Positions 40,807 to 53,799 are shown, counted from the first letter of the stretch. The stretch is 64,000 nucleotides of DNA from Octopus vulgaris (GCA_951406725.2 OX597825.1:16244001-16308000); one strand, 5' to 3'. Notes: generated by a model from the sequence alone, not told the origin. Numbers and translations are program-made.

Positions 40807-41215
40807 CTTTTCCACTCTGAGCACAAGGCCCGAAATTTTTGGGGAGAGGGTGGAGGGGACAGTCGATTAGATCGATCCTAGTACGCAACTGGTACTTAAT
40901 TTATAGACCTCCCCGAAAAGATGAAGGGCAAAGTCGATCTCGGCGGAATTTGAACTTAGAACGTAGCGGCGGACGAAATACCTATTTCTTTACTACTCAC
41001 AAGGGGCTAAACACAGAGAGGACAAACAAGGACAGACAAACGGATTAAGTCGGTTATATCGACCCCAGTGCGTAACTGGTACTTATTTAATCGACCCCGA
41101 AAGCATGAAAGGTAAAGTCGACCTCGGCGGAATTTGAACTCAGAACGTAGCGGCAGACGAAATACGGCTACGCATTTCGCCCGGCGTGCTAACGTTTCTG
41201 CCAGCTCGCCGCCTT
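40807..41215 (-). mobile_element. SINE B dimer with 17-bp TSD
   Basis: ttcgacttgaaattaat on both sides. Confidence 0.85.
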
Positions 41216-41492
41216 TCGACTTGAAATTAATGTTACTTTTCTGGAGAACTATTTCGTTGTGATTTCTAACATAGGCACACAGGGAATCAATTTTATAGGC
41301 CTTTTACCTGACTAGTGCTTATTTTGTTACTCCTGGAATAATTAAAGGAAAAGTTAACTTATGAGAGACGTAAGTAAATACCACAAGAGAAATTCAGCAC
41401 CGGTTTTGTACTAATTCCGTTCTTCTTGTGATCTGACTGACGATTTCAAAACGAATTCTGACACTGCCAAACGGCCACATATTTGTTGGTCG

Positions 41493-41924
41493 GGATTATT
41501 TCGGTTTGAACGGCAGTTTTTCCTAGCGGTGTCATATGAAATTGTTACCCATAATTATGACCCTAGTATCGGTCTATTGCATTTCAATCTGTTTTAGGGT
41601 TAGGGTTAGGGTTAGGGTTAGGAGTGGGGGGGGGGAAGGTATCTTGTTTTCTTCAGAAATGTAAATAAACCCAATCTGTTTCTTAAACGAGGGACATATT
41701 CATACGGCACTGAATGTTTTCACCTCAATAGACGTCATTGATTGGTTGAAATTGCAGAAATTGAAGAAAGACAACCACAAATATCTTACAAACTATAGAA
41801 TTTTCTCAATAGAGCCAAGAGAAAAAGATGTTTTATAAACGCAATCTACCAGTATACGAAGTTTAAAAGTGTTTAGTTACGTAGAAATTATTTAAAAAAA
41901 CTGCCGTTCAAACCGAAAAGATCC
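41493..41924. mobile_element. Second copy of the telomere-repeat MITE, opposite orientation
   Basis: Same TIR; (TTAGGG)4-TTAGG plus a G-run at about 41594-41635; decayed 8-bp TSD gttggtcg / gatggtag. Confidence 0.85.
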
Positions 41925-42882
41925 GATGGTAGCGTGGTGCGACGGTAGAAAATGGACAGTCTATTTAAATCGACCCAAGGCCTTGGCAGACAGAATCTGA
42001 AGTTTGAACATAACTTCGTCTAAGCAAGTACAGGGAGACATTTTGCCCCAATAAGCTCCTTGTTTGCCAATAATCACTCTTCAGGCTACCTTAACGGTTG
42101 GGTATTTGAGTATTTGGCTCGAACAGTTTTTGAGAACTATTCTCTCCCACCTACTTCTCTAGTCTCGCTCTTCAGTTTCACGTAGATCACGTGCATGGCT
42201 ACCAGGCTAAGATACTTCGACTAATTCCGCTACCAAAATTTCTTTTCACTCTCCCTCCCTCCCGTCTCTCTCTCTCTCTCTCCCTTCCCCATGTTTTATG
42301 GACGTAATTACATCGTGCGGTTTTTGTTACAAACTATCTCTATTGATGGCCTCAACCTCATCGAAGTCTTTGAACTAAAAAAGCCTCAAAAGATCATTAA
42401 AAATTCTTTTATCAGAAACTAACAAAAAGAAATAAATAAAAATCATTTATATTGCTATTTTGAAATATTGTCAAAGAAAAAGGTAGCAACAAAAAGAGAA
42501 GAAAAAAGAAAGAAAACCCTTAAAAATCTCAAAAGCGAAAACAACAATGTTAAAAAAAAAAAATAAATTCAACCCGGGAGAGAAAGAGATTGTTCTTTTG
42601 TTTTTCCTTGCATTAGAAGTAAAAAGAAAAAAAATATATAATGATAGTGAAAGTGAAACGAATTCGAGACTGGATGGGTAAAAGTGGAGTTAAGAAACAT
42701 AACAATAAGTGAATAATTTGAATAAGGTTTTATCTGATTATTTGAGGCAGACAATATCGATTTAGTTATTTTAGATATGCACTTAGGTTTTAGGTTTATA
42801 GTAAAAAAAAAAGAAAAAAATAAAGATATGGGATTCTGTGGCGTTAAGACTTATCCGCGTGTGCTATAGCAATACATTTGAG

Positions 42883-43751
42883 AAGGAGGTGAGCTGGCAG
42901 AAACGTTAGCACGCCGGGCGAAATGCGTAGCCGTATTTCGTCTGCCGTTACGTTCTGATTTCAAATTCCGCCGAGGTCGACTTTGCCTTTCATCCTTTCG
43001 GGGTCGATTAAATAAAGTACCAGTTTCGCACTGGGGTCGATGTAATCGACTTAATCCGTTTGTTTGTCTTTATTTGTCCCCTCTATGTTTAGCCCCTTGT
43101 AGGCAATAAAGAAATATATATATATATGTCTGTCTACATTTGAGAAGGCGGTGAGCTGGCAGAGACGCTAGCACGCCGGGTGAAATGCATAACCGTATTT
43201 CGTCTGCCGTTACGTTCTGAGTTCAAATTCCACCGAGGTCGACTTTGCCTTTCATCCTTTCGGGGTCGATAAATAAAGTACCAGTTTCGCACTGGTGTCG
43301 ATATAACCGACTTAATCCGTTTGTTTGTCCTTGTTTGTCCTCTCTGTGTTTAGCCCCTTGTGGGTAGTAAAAAAAAAAAGGTATTTCGTCTGTCGTTACG
43401 TTCTGAGTTCAAATTCAGCCGTGGTCGACTTTGTCTTTCATCCTTTCGGGGTCGATAAATTAAGTACCAGTTACGCACTGGGGTCGATATAATCGACTTA
43501 ATCCGTTTGTCTGTCCCTGTTTGAACTCTCTGTGTTTAGCCCCTTATGGGTAATAAAAAAAAAGATAGGTATTTCGTCTGTCGTTACGTTCTGAGCTCAA
43601 ATTCTGCCAAGGTCGACTTTGCTTTTCATCCTTTCGGGGTCGATAAATAAAGTACCAGTTTCGCACTGGGGTAAATGTAATCGACTTAATCCCTTCGTCT
43701 ATCCTTGTTTGTCCCCTCTATGTTTAGATCCTTGTGGGCAGTAAAGAAATA
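42883..43751 (+). mobile_element. SINE B tandem array (four units) within one TSD
   Basis: Two headed units and two headless units; tatagcaatacatttga on both flanks. Confidence 0.85.
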
Positions 43752-45171
43752 TATAGCAATACATTTGACGTGAAATGGCTTCAACTGAATATCGAGAGAT
43801 CTTACCATTTTGAAATTGTGTCGCTTGTCACTGTGATGGACCACATTGGTTTCAACTTTTGATACAACCCCAGTGCTCGATTGGTACTTATTTTATCGAC
43901 CTCAAAAGGATGAAAGACAAAGTCGACCTGGGCGGAATAAGAACGGAGATCGCAAAGGCGGACGAAACGCCGCTAAGCATTTTGTACGGCGTGCTAACAA
44001 TTCTTCCAACTCGTCGCCTTACTCTGATAAACAATATTGTAAGTTATGTTGTCGGTTGTTGACCACTTTTACACGCAATGTCTTCATCATATTCTTCAGA
44101 ATATAGCTCTAGAAAAACAAAAAAGGTAAAAGTAATTGAGAATCCAGACTTTGGCAACACGATACTAGAAGCCTTTACTATTGATATTCTGAAGATAATG
44201 ACAAAACAAAGTTATTTGTCAAATTATTATTTCTTTTTTCTTTCGGATGGAAAAAAAAAAGCATTAATACATCAGTTTCCAATATTGGTAAGTTGGCAGA
44301 GTCATTATCGCCTTAGACAAAATGATTAGCAGCCATTTCTTCCGGCTCTTTACGTTCTGAGTTCAAATTCTGCCGAGGTTCGACTTTGCCCCTCATCCCT
44401 TTCGGGGTCGATAAAATAAAGTACCAGTCAAGTACTGGAAACGGTGTATTCGACTAAGCCCTTCCTTCTAAAATTGCTGGCCTTGTGCCAAAATATGAAA
44501 TCAATATTATCGCGAAACCAAAGATGGCGAGCTGGCAGAATCGTTTCCTCGCCGAACAAAATGCTTAGCAGTATTTCTTCCGGCTCTTTACGTTCTGGGT
44601 TCAAATTCCACAGGGGTCAACTTTGCTCTCCATTTAAAAGGCGTCGAGCTGGCAGAATCGTTAGCATGCCAAGCAAATGATTAGCTCTATTTCGTCCGCC
44701 TTTACGCTTTGATTTTAAATTATAGCTGAGGTCCACTTTGCTTTTAGTCCTTTCGTGGTTGATAAAATAACACCAGTTGAATATTGGAGTCGATGTAATC
44801 GACTTACCCCCTTCCCTGATCTTTCACGCCCTGTGCCAAAATTTGAAACAAATATTTAGAATTTAAGTTCTACATGGAATAGGATATAATCAACTGAATT
44901 GAGCCTCAATATATTACTGGTACTTATAAACCGCTCATTTTGCAGCCATTTACCGATGTATATATACTTAGGTCGATTGCATCAATTGCACACCTTCCCC
45001 GCTCTTCTTTGCCGATTAATATATTTTTTAATGAAGATAATGAAATTGGTTATACTCGCCCCTCCTCTCTCCAAATTGTGTTTCTGTTATAAATATATTA
45101 TCATAAAAATGATTGCAGAAGGTGAAAGAAGCAAAAGCGAGTAGGATAAAACGGTTTGTGGTATATTTAGT

Positions 45172-45352
45172 TACTGCATTTACTCGTGTATAACTCGCAT
45201 TCGTGTATAAATCGCATCCTTAATTTACTGTTAAATCTTGGTACACACATCCTCCCTACCTTCTTATTCAAACTTGCTTCGTGTTTAAGTCGCACCCCAA
45301 TGTTTTTCATTTTAAGTCAAGTATAAAATAATACGACTTACACACGGTAAAC
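45172..45352. mobile_element. Tc2/pogo-like MITE remnant
   Basis: tactgcatttactcgtgtataactcgca ... tacgacttacacacggtaaa with an internally repeated cgtgtataagtcgca-like motif. Confidence 0.55.
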
Positions 45353-46194
45353 TTTTTTTTTAATGTTTTAAGGTCCAAAGCCACTTGGGATCGACTTTGC
45401 TTTCACCCTTTCCCCCAAATCGATAGAATAAGCGGCAAGCTGGCAGAAACATTAGCACGCCGGGCGAAATGCTTAGAGGTTACGTTCTGAGTTCAAATTC
45501 CACCGAGGTCGACTTTGCCTTTCATCCTTTCGGAGTCGATAAATTAAGTACCAGTTACGCACTGGGGTCGATGTAATCAACTTAATCCCTTTGTCTGTCC
45601 TTGTTTGTCCCCTCTATGTTTAACCCATTGTGGGCAATAAAGAAATAAGAAACGTTAGCATGCCGGACGAAATGCTTAGCGGTATTTCGACCATTTTTCT
45701 GTTCTGAGTTCAAATTCCGCCGAGGCCGACTTTGCCTTTCATCCTTTCGGAGTCGATAAATTAAGTACCAGTTGCGTACTGGGGTCGATCTAATCGACTG
45801 GCCCCCTCCTCCAAAATTTCGGGTCTTGTACCTAGAATAGAAAAGAATATAAGTATTTCTATTCCACACACGCTCACACGCTCGCACACAAACACAGATC
45901 ATTAACCTCTGATTCCTGCTTCGACGTATTATCACTCACATTCCTCTTTTGTTTTTATTTCCGTACTAGTGAAGTACTGGTCAAGTTGATGTAATCGGCT
46001 ACATCCTTTACCGATGTTAGGTGTAGTCTTGTACCTATGCGAGAGATTAATTATTGTAACAACGAGTTTAACGCGTAGGCTGGTGCAAAGCTGGTGATAA
46101 ACGAAGGACTGATATAAAATGTACGCCTCATTTCAAACCGCACATTAAGTATTTTAGTAATCTATGTTAATTGCATATGGGCTCTTATGATGAC

Positions 46195-46230
<36 letters not shown>

Positions 46231-47161
46231 ATGTTTGTGCGTGTGTGTGTTCCTCATACGTGTGTTTGAAGAGCTGAAAGGGTGAAAGGCGCTTAAACAT
46301 AAACTTCCTGCCATCAGGTCTGTGTTCATCTTTTTTTAAAAGAGCTTTTCAACATGATTACTACCCTTTTATTTGAGAAAATATTTTCCCGCACACGCAC
46401 ATACACACACATGCGCTTGTGTGCATCTATGTGTCTGTCTTTGAGTTAGTGTCGCTTGTTCCACACCACCACCTGACAACCGGTGTTGGTTTGCTTACAT
46501 CCTCGTAACCTAGGGGTTCGCCATAAGAGACCAATAAAAAAAAATACCAGATTAAAAAAAATAATACTGGGATCGATTTGTTCGGCTAAACTATTCAAGG
46601 CGCTGCCCCAGCATGGCCGCAGCCCAGTGACTGACAAGTAAAAGTGGTGCTTGCGATCCGGGTTCACTCTGTTGTGTTGCCTTCTAACTTCACGATCGCT
46701 GCTAATGCTTTTTTTTCTCTTTATTCTTTTCAAAATGACAGGAAATATTTTAAGTACAGTTTGATAAATTAACCTCTAAGATTACGACTAAATGATCTAC
46801 TGATGAAGCACAGTTAATCACAGTTCACATATAAATATTTAATGAAGATATATCGAGGTTTTGGTTCTGCTTTTCTCTTTCTCTGTCCACCCCTCTTTCT
46901 GTCTGTCTCTCTCTCTCTCTCTCTCGCTCCCTCTTACTTTGTGTTACTTCAATTAAGAGAGATTCAGAGAAATTCAATAGCTCTTTAAAAATTATTTCTA
47001 ATTCTTTGATCTCTAGCTATAAATATTGTTATTTTGACGTTTGGAATTCAGATTCTGTCTGCCGTGTTTGTTTAAATCAAAATGAAGATAGACAGTCGGA
47101 CTGATAGATTGATAGCGAGACAGAGATAAAGAAATAAGAGGGTGGAAAAAGAGAAAAAGAA

Positions 47162-47194
<33 letters not shown>

Positions 47195-47633
47195 ACGGGT
47201 GGGGGAATATACAGGAAAACCAGTAAGAGAAGAAAATTAAGCATATAAATATATATATATAAAAAATGGTTTTATTTCATTTATTGGAATTTAGATTCTG
47301 AGAAATGATTAGATAATAACGTTCTAGATAGCTCAATTGTCATTGTGAATATTTTATTCACGTCTTTACAACATTATTTCGGTTCTGATGGAAGAATGCT
47401 TCTCAGCAAACGCCAACTTCCAAGAATGCTCTTATTCTTTCCCAGTCTTTTACTTCGCCATAAACTAATCTCTCTCTCTTTCCCCTCTTTCACGCACGCA
47501 CGCACGCACGCACTCTCTCTCTCACACACGCACACAGACACACACACACACACACACATATACATATACACACACTATTTTTTTCTCTTTCTCTCTTGCA
47601 CAAAAACAGTATTTGTTTTCATAGAATTAGTTG

Positions 47634-47708
<75 letters not shown>

Positions 47709-47950
47709 ACACACTCACACACACACATGTATATATATGAACGTTTCTAATATTGCTACTGCTGTATGTATGTATGTTTGAATGCATCTATGCATTTATG
47801 AATGTATGTATGTATTTATATGGTACGTATGTATGCATGTATGCGCGTACATATGCATGTATGTATGCATATATATGTGAGCAGTATGTATGTATGTATG
47901 TGTCTGCATATATGTATACGTATGTATGTAGTGTATATACATATATAGCT

Positions 47951-48004
<54 letters not shown>

Positions 48005-48073
48005 GTAGGTTCCGGGTTGATTCGGGGTTAACTACAGTAAGTAAGGTACTCAATACATAGCAGAGTAAAATTA

Positions 48074-48206
48074 ATTTATTATATAGAAGGAGTTTACAGG
48101 ACTAGTACTGTTTCATTCAAGAGAAATCTTCAGGAAGCTTTCTCTTGAAGATTTCTCTTGAATGAAACAGTACTAGTCCTGTAGAAGCTCCTTCTATATA
48201 ATAAAT
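48074..48206. repeat. Near-perfect inverted repeat, arms about 60 bp, 13-nt spacer
   Basis: atttattatatagaaggagtttacaggactagtactgtttcattcaagagaaatcttca / tgaagatttctcttgaatgaaacagtactagtcctgtagaagctccttctatataataaat. Confidence 0.9.
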
Positions 48207-48289
48207 ATATATATATATACATATAGATATACATGTATATATACATGTATATATATTCATGTATATATACATACCTACATATATATCGG

Positions 48290-48480
48290 TAGCCACTACA
48301 CACATTTTTTCTCTCCTTGTTTCTTTCCTTGCTTCTCTCCTTGTTTTTTCTGTGTCCCTTTCTGTAGAAGAGCGTAGGCTCGAAACGTAAAAGACTTTTT
48401 CTATTCCTGAGCGTTATACTTCTACATATGTTCGTTTTGTACACCACCTGTCTTCGTCTTTTGTTTTTTTCGTGAACTCT

Positions 48481-48483
<3 letters not shown>
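48290..48483 (+). mobile_element. Second copy of the Penelope-like repeat, with hammerhead-like motif at 48358-48393
   Basis: CTTT-CTGTAGA-A-GAGC-gtag-GCTC-GAAAC-GTA-AAAG; aligns by eye with the 53150-53410 copy. Confidence 0.6.
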
Positions 48484-48523
<40 letters not shown>

Positions 48524-48526
<3 letters not shown>

Positions 48527-49080
48527 AGGCGATCCAACGAAGCTACACGAAGAAGATAGCCTCTGTGCAGCATATAAGATACTGGGAAAGACTCAAGAGA
48601 TTAAAAGTCTATTCCTTGGAGCGTAGGCGAGAAAGATATGCCATAATATACATCTGGAAGATCCTGGAAGGAATTGTCCAAAACTTTGGCATCGAGAGTT
48701 ACACAAATGCCAGAACTGGGCGTCACTGCGTGGTGCCAAGGACTCCAAATTTGTCATCAAGATGTAGGACAAGATACTGTGATAGCCTCGGCTTCAGAGG
48801 GCCACAGCTCTTCAATATCCTCCCGAAGAACCTGAGGGACCTGCATAGGGTGGATTCGGATGTCTTTAAAGTAGGACTGGATCTCTTCCTGTCAGGTGTC
48901 CAGGATGAACCAACTTCACGGCAGGAGGTGCAGATGAGGGCAGCTGCATCAAACTCTCTCATGCACCAAATGGCAGTTGCTAAAAAGCATTCGTGAGGTA
49001 AAATCATGTAGCAACACCAAATGGCGGTGCCCCAGCATGGCCACAGCTCAAGAGCTGAAACTGGAAAACATAAACATAAA
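48524..49080 (+). mobile_element. 5'-truncated CR1-like LINE (ORF2 C-terminus and 3' UTR) inserted in (TA)n
   Basis: Open frame IEAIQRSYTKKI...YWERLKRLKVYSLERRRERYAIIYIWKIL...FRGPQLFNILP...FKVGLDLFL, typical of CR1-group ORF2 ends; tail ggcggtgccccagcatggccacagctc...tgaaac. Confidence 0.85.
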
Positions 49081-49086
49081 CATATA

Positions 49087-49124
<38 letters not shown>

Positions 49125-49416
49125 TATTTATGCGTGTATGTATGTATGAATGTTCTTTAATCTCAAGTTAGTCGCAACGGAGCAGCAACGTGATGAAAGC
49201 ATACAAGCCAGGAGTGTCACGTGTTTCTTTTGCCCCGAGAATTGTGTACCTAAGATCATATTAGACAATGTGTTTAAGACGATAGGATGTAATTGTGTAA
49301 AAGTTTTAGCTGCTGTTTCTAGCAGGTCGGCAGAACACTTAGAGAGGCTCCCACGTTGAGCTAAACGCAATACTATGTAGGTGGGGAGTTTAGTGATAAA
49401 ATCATCCCTTATCGGG

Positions 49417-50216
49417 ACCGCCACCGCCACAACGACGACGTCCACCACCACCACCACCACCACCGCCACCACCAGCACCAGCACCACCACCAGTACCACC
49501 ACCAGCGCCACCACCACCACCACCACCAGCGTTAGTACCAGCACCAGCACCAGCACCACCACCAGCGTTAGCACCAGCACCAGCACCAACACCAGCACCA
49601 CCACCAGCGCCACCACCACCACCACCACCAGCGTTAGCACCACCACCACTACCAGCACCACCACCAGCGCCACCACCAACACCAACGTTAGCACCACCAC
49701 CACTACCAGCACCAGCACCAGCACCATCAGCACCACCAGCACCACCACCACCAGCAGCGTTAGCACCACCACCAGCACCACCACCACCAGCAGCGTTAGC
49801 ACCACCACCACCACCACCACCACCACCACCACCACCACCACCACCAGCACCACCACCACCACCACTACCACCACCACCACCACCAGCACCACCACCACCG
49901 CCACCACCAGCACCAGCACCAGCACCGCCACCACCGCCACCACCACCGCCACCAGCACCAGCACCACCACAAGCACCAGCACCACCACCACCGCCACCAC
50001 CACCAGCACCAGCATCACCAACCACCAATCACCACCACCACCACCACCACCACCACCACCACCACCACCACCACCACCACCACCACCACCACCACCACCA
50101 GCACCACCACCACCAACCACCAACCAACAATCACCACCACCACCACCACCACCAGCACCGCCACCACCGCCACCACCACCACCACCAACCACCAACCACC
50201 ACCACCACCACCACTT
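49417..50216. repeat. About 800-bp (ACC)n/(AGC)n trinucleotide array
   Basis: Direct reading; recurring AGCGTTAGC variant units. Confidence 0.95.
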
Positions 50217-50683
50217 CCATTACTACTACTATCATAAATATCCTCCGATCGATCACCGTATCAATCACCTTCTCTTCACTGGTTCCTTTATTCTCCCTGT
50301 CAATCAATTCCTGTTCCATTTCGATTCCCGTTTGAAACCATTTCACATCAATTCCAGCTCCAATACTTAAAGAGAAAGATATAAATATCCCACCTTCGCC
50401 GATTATTTTTTTTTCCTCAACGTGACAGGATTTTTGCATTATTTATTTTAAATGTCATTTCCTTCCCTCCTCCTCCACCCAACCCTTCCCCTCCCTCTCT
50501 CTCTCCTCCTCTTCCTTTCTCTTTATCTCGCTTCTTTTCCCTCCTCTCTCTCTCTCTCTCTCGCTTTCTCATTATGTCTTTATGTATCTTGTCACATTAA
50601 TATTGACTCAAACCAGAGTATTTACTGACTTAAGCGAGAATTACCAACCCAGAAGATAAGCTATGTCACAGACCACTTAATCC

Positions 50684-50726
<43 letters not shown>

Positions 50727-50788
50727 GGCATTGGCATCTATCTCTCCCTCTCCCTCCCTCTCTCTCTATATATATATGCATACATACA

Positions 50789-50819
<31 letters not shown>

Positions 50820-51104
50820 GATCTGGCGATCGTGATTTCAGTTCTTAGACAGAATAAAGAAACAGTTACCAGGGCAGCAAAAAATCTTACGAGTAATAAG
50901 GATCTAACATCCTGTTTGTAAAGGTAGAAACTCCGGGTTGATATACACATTCATTTCATTCTATTAAAATGTCTTATTGATGAGTTTAGTTTCCTTTTTT
51001 CTTTCCCTGATGAGAAGATTGGGACCTTTACCTTTTGACCGAAAGGTATAAAAAATAATATTTTGTAACTAAACACTTTCAAACTTGTATGATTTCAATT
51101 CCAA

Positions 51105-52010
51105 CAAGGCGTTCTGTAGAGGATTAGGGGAGAGGAGATGCGACGACGTTCTTGGGGAGACTCTGGGCGTAGACAAGGAATACTTGACTCACTTCTTCGG
51201 GACCACTTTTGGGCCAGAACCTATGGACAATTTCCTGAGATCCCTGGCTTGGCAGTGCTAGCGGGGAGCATTTCCGGTTCGAGATAAGGTCAACAGACAC
51301 AGTTCAAGAAACACCTAGCCGACTTGCCCGAGATGCGGTCAGAACGAACGATGAAACCGTTCTGCACGCACTCATGCAATGTCCAAATATTTCAGACCTG
51401 TAGGCCTATGTCGAACGGCTGCTGTCGCGTGTGGGACGAGTCCGGTGGTCAACCAAGTCTATCGTAAATATTTCTCCACCACCTTCCTTTATCCGGGAAG
51501 GCAAGGCAGTTTTCATTGTTCTGGTAGCTATGGCGAAAGAATGTTTGAAAGGGTTAGAGACAAATACTTTCATCTCTGGTTAACCTCTCATCATCTTTTT
51601 CAAGTATTACTTGAAAAGAAAGGTGAGAGTAGAAAGGGAAATTTTGTCTAAGGAAAAGATTTAATAAAAGGAGGGTGAATGTAGCAAAGAAGGTAAACAA
51701 GAATGACGGACCCACTTTGAGCACGAACATATAAAACAAAAAGAGAAAGGGCGCTTTGCTCTCATGGTTTTTTTTTCGAGGTGATCGTAGTTTTTTCGTA
51801 GGTTTTTCCTTCCACGGATAATCCTAGTCAGTGATACATTTTCTCCCCTTTTGAGAATTTCTGTTGTTAAAACGTTACCTTGTTACCTTGTTATCTCTTT
51901 GTGTACACGTCCCAAAACCTTTTCGATCCCTATTGATCTGTTTCGAAAAGAAAAATTCTACATTGTATTGTCCCCTCTGTGTTCGGCCCTGCGTGGCTTA
52001 ATAAAAAAAT
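51105..52010 (+). mobile_element. Degenerate L1/Tx1-clade LINE 3' fragment
   Basis: Translates with stops and frameshifts to ...FLRSLAWQC*RGAFPVRDK...TCPRCGQN..ETVLHALMQCP..., a CCHC zinc knuckle, followed by a T-rich UTR and AATAAA-A tail running into (CTAT)n. Confidence 0.8.
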
Positions 52011-52131
<121 letters not shown>

Positions 52132-52901
52132 AATAATTTTCGTGAGAAATAAAATCTAGGTGATCACCTCAGTAGCTCTTCATGCTGGAGCATGGCTAGC
52201 AAAGTTTTCAATTAGTAATATAAAAACAGCATTTTCAATATACAAATGTAAGTAAAATGGCGGAATTTTTGTAACAAATACAAATTTTTAGGCTTACTAG
52301 TATCGTTAGAGTGTCGAACAAAATGCTTTGAGTTATTTTAATTACGTACTATTGCGTTCTGAATTCAAGATTCACTGATGTCTACTTGTTTTTTTTTAAT
52401 ACTCCCGAGTTCAATAACATGAGGTATTAATTGAATACTGGATCGATCTGATCGACTACAACCCTCTGTTAATTTCGAAGTATTGTTCTTCACTTAGAAA
52501 TCGATATTGATTTCTTACACTAATACATCGTCACTAATTTCTTGAGGATAGATCCAATCAATCGAATTAATTCCAATACAGTCTTGCTATTTATTTTATC
52601 GAACTCCGAAGATATGAAATACAAAGATGATACGAACAGTGGTTTTAGTTTTTGTACTATCCTCTGCTTGTTTCAATCACTGGACTGCGGCCATGCTAGG
52701 ATTACTGTCTTGAAAGATTTAGTTGGACAAATCGACTACAGTTCTTACGTTTCTAAGTCTGGTACTTATTTTATCGATTGGTTTTTATCGAACTGCTACG
52801 TTACGGAGAGATAAACGAATCAGCACCAGTTGTTAATTGATAGTGAGGCACAAACACGAAGACAGACATATATACGAACGTAAATACATACATAGCCCCC
52901 T

Positions 52902-52939
<38 letters not shown>

Positions 52940-53149
52940 ACATATACACATATAAAACACACATGCACATACAAATATTTATACCACACAACACATCACA
53001 TCACAACACACCACCACGCACACATCAGCACTGACCGCTTCCCAGACCCACATTTTTACACCTACACATACACACACACACACGTCAAGATCACCACCCC
53101 TCTTCCACAAGCACATACAAACTCTCTTATATACACGCACGCTCGCTCG

Positions 53150-53410
53150 CTTTCGTTTTGGGATCACCATTACTTTATTATCTCCCCTTCTCCCTAGCTC
53201 TCCCGTGTGACCCTTCTGTCCGGAATTCGCCATGATAAATCGCTAGCCACTACACATTCTTTACTTTCTCTCCTTGTTCCTTTCTGTCGAAGAGCGTAGG
53301 CTCGAAACGTTAAAGACTTTTTCACTTCCCGAGCGTTATACTAATACATCTGTTTCTTTTCTACACCACCTGCCTTCGTCTTTTGTTTTTTTTTTATGAA
53401 TTCTCCCCCT
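53150..53410 (+). mobile_element. Non-autonomous Penelope-like repeat carrying a minimal hammerhead-like motif (53280-53315)
   Basis: CTTT-CTGTCGA-A-GAGC-gtag-GCTC-GAAAC-GT-T-AAAG; homologous copies at about 48290-48483 and 3930-4215. Confidence 0.6.
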
Positions 53411-53799
53411 ACAAATATTTATAGACAACTGGATTCCACACAGTTTCCGTCCACCAGATTTACTCACAAGGTATTGATCGGCACGCGGCGATAGTAGAAG
53501 GCTAAGGTACTGTGTAGTGGGATAGAACACGAAACCACACCGATGCAAAGCGAGTTTCTTAACCATACATCCATGCTTGCATCCAATATTTTACCATTTT
53601 AGCCGCTTCATTGCCCTAAAGAAAACAACAGATCAAATTTGATGCGGCTGGATTAAATGCATTAAAATCGTTTTTATTTTCGTAAATTAGGATCCGAAGA
53701 CATGAAAAAAAATGGTCTTGTCGATGGCTGTTGTCTATTTGTGATCTTTTGTTGTATCAGAAGGAATAGATATTGGTTGGCAGAAAAGTGGCGGGTTGG

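Noticed and set aside
41594-41622. (TTAGGG)n as a telomere or chromosome fusion scar
   Set aside because: Internal to a TIR/TSD-bounded element present twice in the window.
51006-51050. CTGATGA...GAAA hammerhead-like spacing
   Set aside because: Stem II and the other helices do not form; the GAAA appears to belong to an adjacent MITE-like end.
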